Source: Polyangiaceae bacterium (lineage in GTDB: Bacteria > Myxococcota_A > Polyangia > Polyangiales > Polyangiaceae). Taken from it: a DNA stretch of 64,000 nt. Position numbers and translations under genes: made by a program. Positions 19,482 through 29,101 of the stretch are shown here, one piece after another. Location of the stretch: assembly GCA_044376115.1 (NCBI GenBank), contig JBILLK010000008.1, forward strand, positions 224,001 to 288,000, in the 5' to 3' direction. Position 1 is the first letter of the stretch. Every line of letters starts with the position of its first letter. The notes below the pieces were generated by a model. It was given only the letters and a program-made list of their open reading frames with translations. It was not told where the DNA came from and did no database searches.

Positions 19482-20540
19482 ATGGACGTCGCCAGCATCG
19501 CTCTCTTGATCGCCAAGCCAGAAAAGAGCGTGTACGTGCAGCTTGCGAGAGCGCTTCCAGTGCTGCGCCTTGCGCCGGAAGAGGTGCTGTCCAACCTGCC
19601 CGCGGTGATCCCCAAGCTCGCGGAGGTTGCCGCGCTGGAGGGCAGCGGACCCAATTGGGCGCTTTGGCTTGCAGCCGTCGAGGCCGCCGGCCTCGTGCCG
19701 GCGACGGCCGCGCAGGCGCTTCTCGAACATGAGGTGGGTGAAGCGCACGCAATGCACGACGTTCTCTCGGGGTTCGACCGAGAGTTCGGTCACTCGCTCG
19801 AGCTTCGCCGAGCGCTGTCGGTGCAGCTCGGACTGCCGTGGGACGAGGCGATGAAGCGGCCGCCGATTGCCCGCCCCAAACGGAAGCGCACGCCTGGGTT
19901 CGTGCTCAAGCCCTCGCGGACGAAGACGGCCCATCTTTTTGCACCAGCGCGGTCGCGAGGGCCCGATTGTCCGACGTGCGGTCGGGCGCACCGGGTTTGG
20001 TTCTCGCTCGACCTCGCGAGCGTGCCGCAACTGGCGGCGCAACTACCGGGCTGGTCCACATTCAACGCGACGGCTTGTCTCGACTGCGATGCGTCGGAGC
20101 AACTCGAGTCCATGGCCATCTACACCTCCTTCATCGTTAGCTCGTATCGCGCGTTCGATGAGGCGCGCAAGAAGGCCAGGCGGACTGGCAAGGATGTGCT
20201 CGAGCTGCTCGGCGACGCAAACGTCGACCTTGATTGGAACGATTCGTTCGCGGAAGCGTTTCTGAAGTATCTGGTCGGTCGGACCGTCGAGGATGAGCAG
20301 GACCGCGAGGCCTTCATGGTGGAGCCGATCGAGGCTCCGGGCTACGTGTTGTTCCCACTACCGGAACAGTTGGTGGAAGCGCTCGCTGGCTGGTCGGAGA
20401 AGAAGCGTGCGGCGACGGTAAAAGCGTACGAGCGGGCCGGCTTCGCAAAGGCGCACGAGGCGCTCGCCGCGCTCGAACCGCTGGCGAAACGTGCGAGCAC
20501 CGAGGGAAAGAACCTCTACCTGTGTATTCACATCCCCTGA
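19482..20540 (+). CDS. hypothetical protein, probable in-frame chimera (Cys-motif fragment plus a separate ~142-aa protein starting at 20112)
   Basis: CPTC...CLDC followed directly by MAIYTSFIVSSY...NLYLCIHIP. Confidence 0.55.
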   Translation: MDVASIALLIAKPEKSVYVQLARALPVLRLAPEEVLSNLPAVIPKLAEVAALEGSGPNWALWLAAVEAAGLVPATAAQALLEHEVGEAHAMHDVLSGFDREFGHSLELRRALSVQLGLPWDEAMKRPPIARPKRKRTPGFVLKPSRTKTAHLFAPARSRGPDCPTCGRAHRVWFSLDLASVPQLAAQLPGWSTFNATACLDCDASEQLESMAIYTSFIVSSYRAFDEARKKARRTGKDVLELLGDANVDLDWNDSFAEAFLKYLVGRTVEDEQDREAFMVEPIEAPGYVLFPLPEQLVEALAGWSEKKRAATVKAYERAGFAKAHEALAALEPLAKRASTEGKNLYLCIHIP

Positions 20541-20581
20541 CGAAGGAAGGCTCGACCGAGCATTGAATACCTATCTAAACT

Positions 20582-21922
20582 TCACGGCGGCGTGGGGTTG
20601 CAACTAACTTGAAACATGCCCGTATTGCCAATGGGTTCGCACGACGCATTGGGGCATAGGCTGGGGCAGACCGATGGATTGGGGGCCATCGGCACAAGGC
20701 TGTTTTGACACTCGAGCAGCATGCCAAACGGCGGTGCTTGCAGGCCGCACTCAGCCTTGCAGTCACAGTAGCCTTTGATGATCGACACCTCTCCGCTAAA
20801 GCCGAAGAGCTGCGTGCACGCCTGACCGCAGCTGCCGTAAGTGCCAATGTTGCCAAGGCATTCGTCGTCAAAGCAGGTCCCAGAAGGCCCCATGCTAGCG
20901 TTCTGGAATAGGCAGGGCACGCCATCGATCGCGTTCACGCACGGCACGTCCACCGGGCACGCACACTGCAACTGCGCACACTCGGCTTGTTGAGCTCCGC
21001 AGTTAACGTTCTCACAGTCGGCCGGGCTCACGCACGGCATACCCGGTCCTCCCATTCCACCGCCACCACCGGCTGCACCGCCACCACCGGCCGCTCCGCC
21101 ACCACCGGCCGCTCCGCCGCCACCGGCCGCTCCGCCACCGCCACCGCCGGCTGCACCACCGCCACCAGCTGTACCGCCGCCACCGGCCGCTCCGCCACCG
21201 CCACCGCCGGCTGCACCACCGCCACCAGCTGTACCGCCGCCACCAGCCGCTCCGCCACCACCGGCTGCACCGCCACCGCCGGCCGCACCACCACCACCGC
21301 CACCGGCTGCACCGCCGCCAAGGTTACAGTTCGGATTGGCCTCGTCACACTTTGCCTCGGCGGAAACGCATTGCCCGCCTGCACACGTGAGGTCCGCATC
21401 GCAGGGAACGCCGATGCATGACCGCTCAATGACCACTGGCATTTTTAGCGGGACGCTCTTGATGAAGCCGAGCCGTCTGCGAACCACCACGCACGGTTGG
21501 AGATACAGTGGGTCGTCTTCTGGCTTGGTCGCTTTGAGCTTCAAACTTTGGTTGAGCAGCTCAAGACACTCAGTAGCCGTCTTCGCGCCGGCGATGCCAG
21601 CGGCTGAGCCGCTGGCGTTGGCATCGATGCCAGCGACCACGACCAGCTCAACCTGATCACCAGCACGGTCTTCCGAGGGAACGAGCACGAGCGAACCAAG
21701 GTTGGCTGGATCTTCGCACTCAGAGACGGTGGCGGTAGCGGTGATTTCCCCCGGTAGCGAGCCCCCCGCCGCGATCACCACCGATTGCAGCACGGCCTCG
21801 TTCGTCGTCTCTTTGCACACGAGCTCCGGTGCCGAAACCGCGACCGTGATCTGCGTGGGGTCGCGACACGAGATCAGGAGGAACAGTGCACCGAGTCGAG
21901 CGTTGCCGAGCGGATAAGCCAC
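20582..21922 (-). CDS. Cys-rich lipoprotein with poly-Gly linker
   Basis: LISCRDPTQITV N-terminus, SLVLVPS, CVVVRRRLGF, CIGVPC; GGGGAA linker. Confidence 0.8.
   Translation of the reverse strand: MAYPLGNARLGALFLLISCRDPTQITVAVSAPELVCKETTNEAVLQSVVIAAGGSLPGEITATATVSECEDPANLGSLVLVPSEDRAGDQVELVVVAGIDANASGSAAGIAGAKTATECLELLNQSLKLKATKPEDDPLYLQPCVVVRRRLGFIKSVPLKMPVVIERSCIGVPCDADLTCAGGQCVSAEAKCDEANPNCNLGGGAAGGGGGGAAGGGGAAGGGGAAGGGGTAGGGGAAGGGGGGAAGGGGTAGGGGAAGGGGGGAAGGGGAAGGGGAAGGGGAAGGGGGMGGPGMPCVSPADCENVNCGAQQAECAQLQCACPVDVPCVNAIDGVPCLFQNASMGPSGTCFDDECLGNIGTYGSCGQACTQLFGFSGEVSIIKGYCDCKAECGLQAPPFGMLLECQNSLVPMAPNPSVCPSLCPNASCEPIGNTGMFQVSCNPTPP
21060..21320. repeat. Gly/Ala-coding low-complexity repeat with exact 60-bp tandem duplication
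   Basis: 21121-21180 is identical to 21181-21240. Confidence 0.9.
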
Positions 21923-21980
21923 AGCCCAGCTTAACGCAAGACCCCTTCCCTCGGAGCCTCTCAGTACCTACCAAGTAACA

Positions 21981-22814
21981 ATGGCGGGACGGAGTTGCTT
22001 CACGCTGGGGGCTGGGCTCGCGGTTGTAGCGGCCCTTGTTTGGGGGACCGGGGGAGCGCCGGCTTGGGCTGAGCCCACCAGCGAGTGCTCGGAGGAGAGC
22101 TGGTTCTGCGATGAGGAGCCGGCCGAGTCGGAAGGCGAGGAGGAGCGGACGGAGGACGAGGTCGTTGAGGAGGCGCCAGCGGAGAACGATGGGCCGCCGA
22201 TTAGGCGCAAACGCAGGCGCGCGCCGGAGCCGCCCGCGGAGGTGGCGCCCGAAGCGCAGACGGTCGCGCGGCTGCCTGAGCTGCCCCCGCCGCCAGCGCA
22301 GGAGGAGGAGAGCTTCAGGGCTGTGGGCCTCAGCATCTCGCTGCTGCTGCGCAACATCGAAGGCAGCGAGGATCGTGAAGGGACGTTGCTCGGCGGTGGG
22401 ACGCTCTCGCTCCGTTTTCGCCCGGCAGAGGAGATCGCTCTCGACTTCGGCTTCGCGGCGATGGGCGGTACCGATGACCGCGATCGCAACCGCGGCGAGC
22501 TGAGCGGCTTCACCGACCTGCTCTGGTACCCGATCGTTGGCGACATCCGGCCGTACTTTGTTTTCGGCGGAGAGTTCGTCGGGGCGACGTCCAGCTGGGA
22601 GGCGCTCGACGGGACCGAGAACAGCGTGACCTACGAGTACGTCGCGCCACGTGGTGGGATCGGGGCCGAGATCGGGGACCGCGACTGGGGCGTCTTCGTC
22701 GATGGCATCGTAGCCCCTCGTTTCCCGACGAACGATGCGGCGGCGTTCGAGCTACGCGAGGATGACTTCCACCCGACGGGCCAGCTGCGAGGCGGGTTCG
22801 TCACCTACTGGTAA
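21981..22814 (+). CDS. outer-membrane beta-barrel protein
   Basis: Signal peptide, acidic/Pro linker, amphipathic strands (IRPYFVFGG, RGGIGAEI), C-terminal aromatic FVTYW. Confidence 0.75.
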   Translation: MAGRSCFTLGAGLAVVAALVWGTGGAPAWAEPTSECSEESWFCDEEPAESEGEEERTEDEVVEEAPAENDGPPIRRKRRRAPEPPAEVAPEAQTVARLPELPPPPAQEEESFRAVGLSISLLLRNIEGSEDREGTLLGGGTLSLRFRPAEEIALDFGFAAMGGTDDRDRNRGELSGFTDLLWYPIVGDIRPYFVFGGEFVGATSSWEALDGTENSVTYEYVAPRGGIGAEIGDRDWGVFVDGIVAPRFPTNDAAAFELREDDFHPTGQLRGGFVTYW

Positions 22815-22942
22815 GCCCTGCGTTCGGCTGCGGACCGCGCTCAGAGCTCCCTCAATGGGTCGGACGTTACTTCGCCAATCGCGAACCTTTGAACGGACTT
22901 TTCCGCATTGTCGAAGTATCTGCCGGACTCAACGTTAGCGAG

Positions 22943-23215
22943 ATGAACTGTCCTAGATGTGGATCCGAGCCCTTGGATGAACGCGTTCGTGAGGGCGTTA
23001 CCATCGACGTATGCGGCGCGTGCCGCGGAATCTGGCTGGACCGCGGGGAACTCGAGAAGCTGATCGCTCGCTCGATGGATGCGAACCCCGCCCAATACGC
23101 GCAACCCGCCGCCTACCCAAGCGCGGACCGTCGCCATCGCGACGACGGACCACCGAGCAGTGACGCCCCCGGCCGACACCGTAAGAAGCGGAGCTGGCTG
23201 GATATCTTCGATTGA
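22943..23215 (+). CDS. zf-TFIIB domain protein
   Basis: MNCPRC...GVTIDVCGACRGIWLDRGELEKLI...KKRSWLDIFD. Confidence 0.9.
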   Translation: MNCPRCGSEPLDERVREGVTIDVCGACRGIWLDRGELEKLIARSMDANPAQYAQPAAYPSADRRHRDDGPPSSDAPGRHRKKRSWLDIFD

Positions 23216-23311
23216 GGTCGGGATACCCGCCGCAGCCAACGCCGCTGAGGCACTCAGGCCACGCGCAACTCAATGCGCGCGTCCATCACGATGAGCGGGC
23301 GCTCGAGAAGG

Positions 23312-23932
23312 CTAGTTGGCGAGATCAGCGACGAAGGCACCTTGGAGCTTGTGCCCGTCCTCAAACTCACCCTTCATATCGAAGGTTCCGCAGACCTTCC
23401 CGTCGGACATCTTGACGAGGTTCACGCTACCCTTGAGGGCCCAGCCGATCGCCTGCTTTTCGGCATACAAGCTCGTGTCGGCATGCGCCTTCCCGAAGGT
23501 TTCTGAGCCGCTTAGATAGACGCCGGGAGCGATGGTTTTGTCCTTCTCGCGGATGTTGATCTCCACGATCCCGTCACCCTTGACGAGCTGGCCGAGTGGC
23601 ACGAGCTTGTTGCCGATGCGGATGGTGAGCTTCTTGCCTTCCTTGTCGAGGGTGGCGCTGCTCAACGTGAAGCCAGCAACTTCGTGCGGCCCTGTTGTCG
23701 CCCAACCCTGGACTGTTGTTTCGAGCGCGGTGACCTTCGTAACTGCGGGGCACTCGACGCTCGGCGTCTCGGGCTTGGCAGCTGCTGTCGTCTCAGCGCT
23801 AGGCGTAGTGCGAGGCGCGGTCTCAGGCGAAGCGCTAGCCTTGCCAGCGCTGGGGGACCCAGTTGAATTGCTCGCGGAACAGGCAGCAGAAACAGCAAAG
23901 GCCCAGACCGCAACAAAGTTGGAAACTCTCAA
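23312..23932 (-). CDS. hypothetical lipoprotein
   Basis: TTG start after AAGGAG; SAAC lipobox; Ser/Thr/Pro linker. Confidence 0.7.
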   Translation of the reverse strand: MRVSNFVAVWAFAVSAACSASNSTGSPSAGKASASPETAPRTTPSAETTAAAKPETPSVECPAVTKVTALETTVQGWATTGPHEVAGFTLSSATLDKEGKKLTIRIGNKLVPLGQLVKGDGIVEINIREKDKTIAPGVYLSGSETFGKAHADTSLYAEKQAIGWALKGSVNLVKMSDGKVCGTFDMKGEFEDGHKLQGAFVADLAN

Positions 23933-24077
23933 TCGGTTCTCCTTGCACTCGCATCGTCTTGACGCAGGAGGAGGGTACAGCTGCGGATGGAGCCGAGGGC
24001 GAATATTGTCAAGACGATCGATTGTGACGGCGTCGAGGCCGACGACGGCACGCGTTTACAGCTGCGCTGATTCGCGA

Positions 24078-24557
24078 CTACAGCTTCGCCTCGCACGCCT
24101 TCTCGGTCGGCTCGCTCTTCGAGCTAGAGCCGTCAGGCTTCAGTAGTTCGGCCTTGAGCTGGGCAATCACTGCATCGTTGTTCGAGGTCTCCGAATGGGA
24201 GTCGAGCAGCGGCTGCAGCGCTGTGCTCGCAGGTACCCACGGCGTGCAGGCGGTTGACCTGCTGCTACCGCTCTCGCCTCCGTCAGGAGGGGCGTGCCCC
24301 ACGAACCATTGCTCCGAGCGCGTGCGAACGCTCCAGCCGCTCTCGCTCGGCGCTACATCGAAATGCTCGAGCTTGCCGAAGTGCGGGTTGTCCTCGCGCG
24401 CGTAAAGAAGCTCGAACGCTGCGCGCGACTTGGTTGAATCCACCGTGGGGTCGGGAGGCACCGAGCCGGGACCATCCGGAGGTGTGCGCGTTGAAGTGCT
24501 CGCACAACCAAGCGCAAAGGCGATCAGGAGAGCGGGCACGCAACGGAGGGTTCGCAT
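24078..24557 (-). CDS. hypothetical lipoprotein
   Basis: ALGC lipobox. Confidence 0.6.
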   Translation of the reverse strand: MRTLRCVPALLIAFALGCASTSTRTPPDGPGSVPPDPTVDSTKSRAAFELLYAREDNPHFGKLEHFDVAPSESGWSVRTRSEQWFVGHAPPDGGESGSSRSTACTPWVPASTALQPLLDSHSETSNNDAVIAQLKAELLKPDGSSSKSEPTEKACEAKL

Positions 24558-24698
24558 GCAAGCTCAAACGCAAATGTGGTTCGCAGCTTACACCTCGGGC
24601 TTACGGCAATGTGTCGCGAGCGGGCAGCGGGGTTGCAACCTCAACGCTAGACCGCGTCTACTGGATAACGTGTTAGCGCGACAGCAACGAGCGACGCA

Positions 24699-25601
24699 TT
24701 GAAGCGGGCAATCCGGGCCCTCCTTCCGCTCAGCCTGCTGCTCACAACAGGCTGCGTCCCAGCAGAGCCGCCCGAGGTGCCGAGCTACTTCCTTTCGCTC
24801 GAGTGCGGAAAGCCGCTCCCCACAACCTGCGGCACACGCACGCGCTCGTACACGCAACTCCCGAGCCGCGTCGGCGCAACCACGACAAGGCTCTTTCCGG
24901 CACTCGAGCTGCAGAGCCTTGCGGAGCTACGTCCAAACCGCTGGGGCTCACAGCCATGGCTCGCGTATCAGCCAAGGAAGGCCGAGGTGATCGATCTCGA
25001 CGCCGGAGAAGACGAGCGCGACGAGCCCTACAAACCCGGCCCTGGCGAGCCACCCGCGATCGGTACAATGACCGAACAAGCAGCCCAGGCCAAGCGTCTC
25101 TTCGATAAGGCTCAATGGGAGCAAGCCGCCGTGGAACTCGAGCCTTTCGCGCTGGGAGCTCACGGCGACGACGAGGGCAATCGACAGCTCGCCGAGTATC
25201 ACCTCGCGGTCGTCCACTACAACCTGAAGGACTACGACGCTGCGACGGATCTCTTTCTGCTGATCGTCGAAGATCGTTCCCACCATAAGTTCAACGAGGC
25301 TGGGCTTTGGGTGTCGAGGCTCGGCCACGTGTGTCAAACCGGCAGGGTGTTGCGTGTCCTGGGCAAGCACTTCGAAAGGCAAGAAGGAGCGCTCACAGTT
25401 TGCTTCAAGTCCCCCGATTACGAGCGCATGCTCCGACAGGAGGATTTCATCCGTGCACGCGGTCTCGTCGAGCTCGGTGAGTTCGACGAAGCGACCAAAC
25501 TGTACACGCCGCTCCGGAACGATGTGGATTACGGCTACCGCACGCGCCAATGTCTCGAGTGGATTGAAGCCCAACCGAAGGCGCCCGCCGGCGCGCGATG
25601 A
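24699..25601 (+). CDS. TPR lipoprotein (GltC-like TPR module)
   Basis: TTGC lipobox; AKRLFDKAQWEQAA...GDDEGNRQLAEYHLAVVHYNL TPR helices. Confidence 0.7.
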   Translation: MKRAIRALLPLSLLLTTGCVPAEPPEVPSYFLSLECGKPLPTTCGTRTRSYTQLPSRVGATTTRLFPALELQSLAELRPNRWGSQPWLAYQPRKAEVIDLDAGEDERDEPYKPGPGEPPAIGTMTEQAAQAKRLFDKAQWEQAAVELEPFALGAHGDDEGNRQLAEYHLAVVHYNLKDYDAATDLFLLIVEDRSHHKFNEAGLWVSRLGHVCQTGRVLRVLGKHFERQEGALTVCFKSPDYERMLRQEDFIRARGLVELGEFDEATKLYTPLRNDVDYGYRTRQCLEWIEAQPKAPAGAR

Positions 25602-25614
25602 GCAAACAAGACGG

Positions 25615-26736
25615 TCAGCTCGTGCCCTCGCGCTGCTGGCCGGCGCGCCCCAGCGCCAGCCCACCAATCACCACGAGCACGCCCAGCGCTGTGAAACAGC
25701 TGGCGATCGTGCAGACGCTCTCGAGCTCGCCGCCCACAGAGTTCGGTCGGTAGCTATTGCTCGCCGTCTCTCGCAGGCCGAGGACAAAGAATCCAACCGT
25801 CGTTGTGGCCATGCCCAGCGTAACAATCACGGCGCCAAGCCCTGTGACCACGCTCACGTCTCGCCCGAAGAGCTCCTGCGACCAAGCGAGCAACGAAGCG
25901 ATCGTACCAACCACGATCAGCGTAGCCATCGAATGGTTGATGCCGACATCGTAGTAATATCCAAGGGGAACGGTCCGCACCCAGCTCTCGCGTAGCTCCG
26001 TCGCAAGGACTGCCGCTGCGGCCGCCGCCAGCATCGTGATAGCGGCGAGCAGCCTCGGCAAGTAACCCGTCGAGCCCTTCGTGGTGGGCCGCTTTACAGC
26101 TAATCCGACGCCAGAGATCGCAAAGAGCAAGAGCGGCGGCGGGCCGCACCAAAGGAAGTTGTGGACTGGAAATTGGTCATGCAGCACGGGGTTAACACAG
26201 ACCAGGGCCAACCCCAGCAGCACCGGCATGGACCAGCTTCCGAAACGCGGCTCGAAGGCTGCCTTGTGGCCAATCGGCAAAGCAACCAACAGCGCGAAGG
26301 CGGCTCCGAGCACCAACTCCTCGCTGGTTACCTTCGAGCTCCAGCTCTCTCCAGAGAGCTCCGGCATCACAACACGGGCGCCAAGAATGACCGTTGCTGC
26401 GCACAAGAGGACCAAGGTCACTCCCAAGAGACCCAGCCGCAGACGCGAGTCGTCCTTGTTACCAACCAGCATGATGCCCGACGGCGCCCAGAGGGTGCAT
26501 GACAAGAGCAGCAAGGTTGCCCCCTCTACATGCCACAACGTCCACTCGGGCTCATATGCGCCGAAACGAAGGCGCAGACCCATAACCCCTACCGCGGCTA
26601 GAACCAGCCCTCCGAGAAGGAAAAAGAGAAGGACGACGAGCCTCAACGCTCGAGGCAGCGCGGTTGGTGCAGCGGTTGGTGCAGCGGCCGGCGCGTGGCC
26701 CACCTCATCAATCGCGGGTCTGTAAGGGTCAACCAT
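25615..26736 (-). CDS. polytopic membrane protein, remote heme-copper oxidase subunit I-like
   Basis: ~10 hydrophobic segments; colinear degenerate matches to CoxI motifs (see findings). Confidence 0.55.
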   Translation of the reverse strand: MVDPYRPAIDEVGHAPAAAPTAAPTALPRALRLVVLLFFLLGGLVLAAVGVMGLRLRFGAYEPEWTLWHVEGATLLLLSCTLWAPSGIMLVGNKDDSRLRLGLLGVTLVLLCAATVILGARVVMPELSGESWSSKVTSEELVLGAAFALLVALPIGHKAAFEPRFGSWSMPVLLGLALVCVNPVLHDQFPVHNFLWCGPPPLLLFAISGVGLAVKRPTTKGSTGYLPRLLAAITMLAAAAAAVLATELRESWVRTVPLGYYYDVGINHSMATLIVVGTIASLLAWSQELFGRDVSVVTGLGAVIVTLGMATTTVGFFVLGLRETASNSYRPNSVGGELESVCTIASCFTALGVLVVIGGLALGRAGQQREGTS

Positions 26737-26935
26737 TCGTCACTCGCGGTGAGGTCACTTCACGGCGCCCCTCGAGGGACCTCGAGCGCCAGGGCTCACT
26801 ACCGCAGAATAGACCGGTACAAGCGGCTTCGGAACCACGTGGGCAGTGACAGAGGACCAGCCATAACGTTGGTCTGCAACCCATTCTCGCGCGACGACTA
26901 CGGAATAGCGCTCGAGCTCGGAGCGTCTAGGCGCA

Positions 26936-27586
26936 ATGCGCGCTGCTTCGTTCTTCGCTATTGCTTGTATTGTCCTGTTTGAAGCTACGCCTGCGGCGGC
27001 TACGCCGCTCTCGGGTGATGCTGGCGACTCAAGCTGTGCCTACTCGAGCGCGGACGTGCTTTTGTGGACGCCAAGCGCTGGGCCTCTAGCGACCTTCCTC
27101 GCCGACGAGTTTGAGCAGAGCGGGAATCTGTTCATTGCGCTGGGGTACGACGCCAACGGCTTCTGGTCGGCCGAGGGCGACGCGGGTTCCGACGCCTGCG
27201 ATGATTGCCGGACGTTGAGCCTCGTGCGCACCTCCTTCGATGGCAAGGAGCGCAAGTCCTTCATCGTCGGGAAAGGCCAAGATCTGGAGGAGGGAACCGC
27301 AGCCGAGCGCCGCCAAAGGCTGAAGACGCGCGTTTTCAAGGTTGCGGCCGGCGAGCTCAACGTGAAGGCCCTGAAGCACGACTACAAGCTCCAGCTTCCG
27401 AAGCACGACGCGGAAGGCAAGATCGAGAAATTCAGCGGTTGGTTCGCCCAAGTGAAGAAGAAGGATGGAGCGCTGCTCCGCTTCGCGGTCGTGAACAAAT
27501 CGCAGATGTGCTGGTGTTCGCCGAGTTGGCAGGCCTACACCTTGGCGGCGCCGAAGCCCAAAGCAACGCGTTCCAAAACCCACTGA
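26936..27586 (+). CDS. hypothetical secreted protein
   Basis: Signal peptide; CDDC and CWC motifs. Confidence 0.65.
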   Translation: MRAASFFAIACIVLFEATPAAATPLSGDAGDSSCAYSSADVLLWTPSAGPLATFLADEFEQSGNLFIALGYDANGFWSAEGDAGSDACDDCRTLSLVRTSFDGKERKSFIVGKGQDLEEGTAAERRQRLKTRVFKVAAGELNVKALKHDYKLQLPKHDAEGKIEKFSGWFAQVKKKDGALLRFAVVNKSQMCWCSPSWQAYTLAAPKPKATRSKTH

Positions 27587-27637
27587 CGCGTGCAGCAGCG
27601 GCGCTGGAGCTTTCACGCGCCCGAACGGCACGCGGGC

Positions 27638-29101
27638 TCAACGCGGCGGCGGTCTCTCAAACGGCCGACAGACTTGCAGCGTCTTCACGTCGCACACGCG
27701 CGCGCTAGGCTGGCTCGACTCGCACGACGAGAGCGACACGAAGCTGTTCATCCCCGCACGGAAGATGCCGCCGCACTCGCTGGTACCAGGCGGCGCATCG
27801 ACCGTGATCCAGAAGTCGCCAGGCGGTAGCTCCGTAAATCGGAACGCTCCGTCGGCACCGGTCTTCGTCGTGCGTGACGGCGGCGCGTCCTTGCAACCGA
27901 GCGAGCTCGGGCAGATCGAGACCGTCGCGCCCGCGAGCGCACTACGCGATTTGGAGCTCTCGACGACCCCGCGCAACTCCCACGATTCGGCCTTCGCAGG
28001 CGCGGGCAACAGCGCAGGTCCGCCGGCTTCGATCGCGATTTGCCGAACGATGCCGCGCACGCCCGGAAGCATGCCGGGCTCCCACGAGCCGAGCTGCCGC
28101 CCATCGCGATCGAGCACGATCAGCGCCGAGTCGGTCGCGAGCCAGGTCCTTCCGCGCGCGTCGACGTCGCTGTCCTCGAGGCTCGTCGCGGCGACCGGCT
28201 CGCTCTTCTGTGAGGCTTGGTCGAGGCTCTTCGCCAACACCACCTTGGGCGTATCCCCAGCCTCAACGCCGACGAACTGCCCCGTCGGCCCGGGCAACAA
28301 GGTCGCGACCGCCGGCCAAGCGACCTTGTCAAAACGCGCACCGTCTTCGGTCACGTGCCAACCCAAATCGGCAAAGCGCACGAACAGCCGACGGCCATCC
28401 GAGGCCAGCTGCCACGCTCGCGGACTCGGCATCGCGACCTTCTGCCATTGCCCGCCTGCGAAGCGAAAGAGCCCGTTCCAACAAGCGACCCACACCGCAT
28501 CCTTCGTCAGCGCGAGGTCGTCGTATTGGTTGTCACTGAACGGCCCTGCGAGCTCGCTCCGCTTTTTCGCCGGCACAAATCGCTTACCGTCGAAGCGGTC
28601 GACGCGCCATTCGAGGTCCTGCGTCACGCCCCAAACCTCCCCCGACGCGCCGAACGCAAGCTCGCGGTAGACGTCCTTCGAGACCGTCTCGAGCTTGCCC
28701 TTCGCGAAGCGCACGACGCCCTGACCGAAGAAGCTCGCCCACAAACTTCCATCGGGCGCGACAGCGAGCGCCTCCACGTTGCGTGCCGTGCTCGGGATCA
28801 CCAGCGCAGGCTCCGGCGACAGCCGAAAGACCCCACGCTCACGAACGAAGCCGTAAACAGCTCCCGCCGGCGCATCGGCGAGCGGCGTCGCTGGTGCCGG
28901 GGCCGCGCTCGTGGACGGCGCACTCATGGACGGCGCGCTCGTGGACGGCGCGCTGGCGGACGGCGCGGCCGCGGTCGTCACCGAGTTGGTAGGCGACGCG
29001 GCCGGTCGCCTGGCCGGACCGTCGAGCTCGGCTTGCTCAGGCGCTCGACAACCGAACGCGAAGCAGAGCAAAAGCGAGCCGATGCACGGAGCGAGCCTCA
29101 C
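27638..29101 (-). CDS. lipoprotein: beta-propeller plus carboxypeptidase-regulatory-like domain
   Basis: AFGC lipobox; LAVAPDGSLW, DVDARGRTWLAT; ALAGATV...TGADGAFRFTELPPGDF. Confidence 0.75.
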   Translation of the reverse strand: MRLAPCIGSLLLCFAFGCRAPEQAELDGPARRPAASPTNSVTTAAAPSASAPSTSAPSMSAPSTSAAPAPATPLADAPAGAVYGFVRERGVFRLSPEPALVIPSTARNVEALAVAPDGSLWASFFGQGVVRFAKGKLETVSKDVYRELAFGASGEVWGVTQDLEWRVDRFDGKRFVPAKKRSELAGPFSDNQYDDLALTKDAVWVACWNGLFRFAGGQWQKVAMPSPRAWQLASDGRRLFVRFADLGWHVTEDGARFDKVAWPAVATLLPGPTGQFVGVEAGDTPKVVLAKSLDQASQKSEPVAATSLEDSDVDARGRTWLATDSALIVLDRDGRQLGSWEPGMLPGVRGIVRQIAIEAGGPALLPAPAKAESWELRGVVESSKSRSALAGATVSICPSSLGCKDAPPSRTTKTGADGAFRFTELPPGDFWITVDAPPGTSECGGIFRAGMNSFVSLSSCESSQPSARVCDVKTLQVCRPFERPPPR

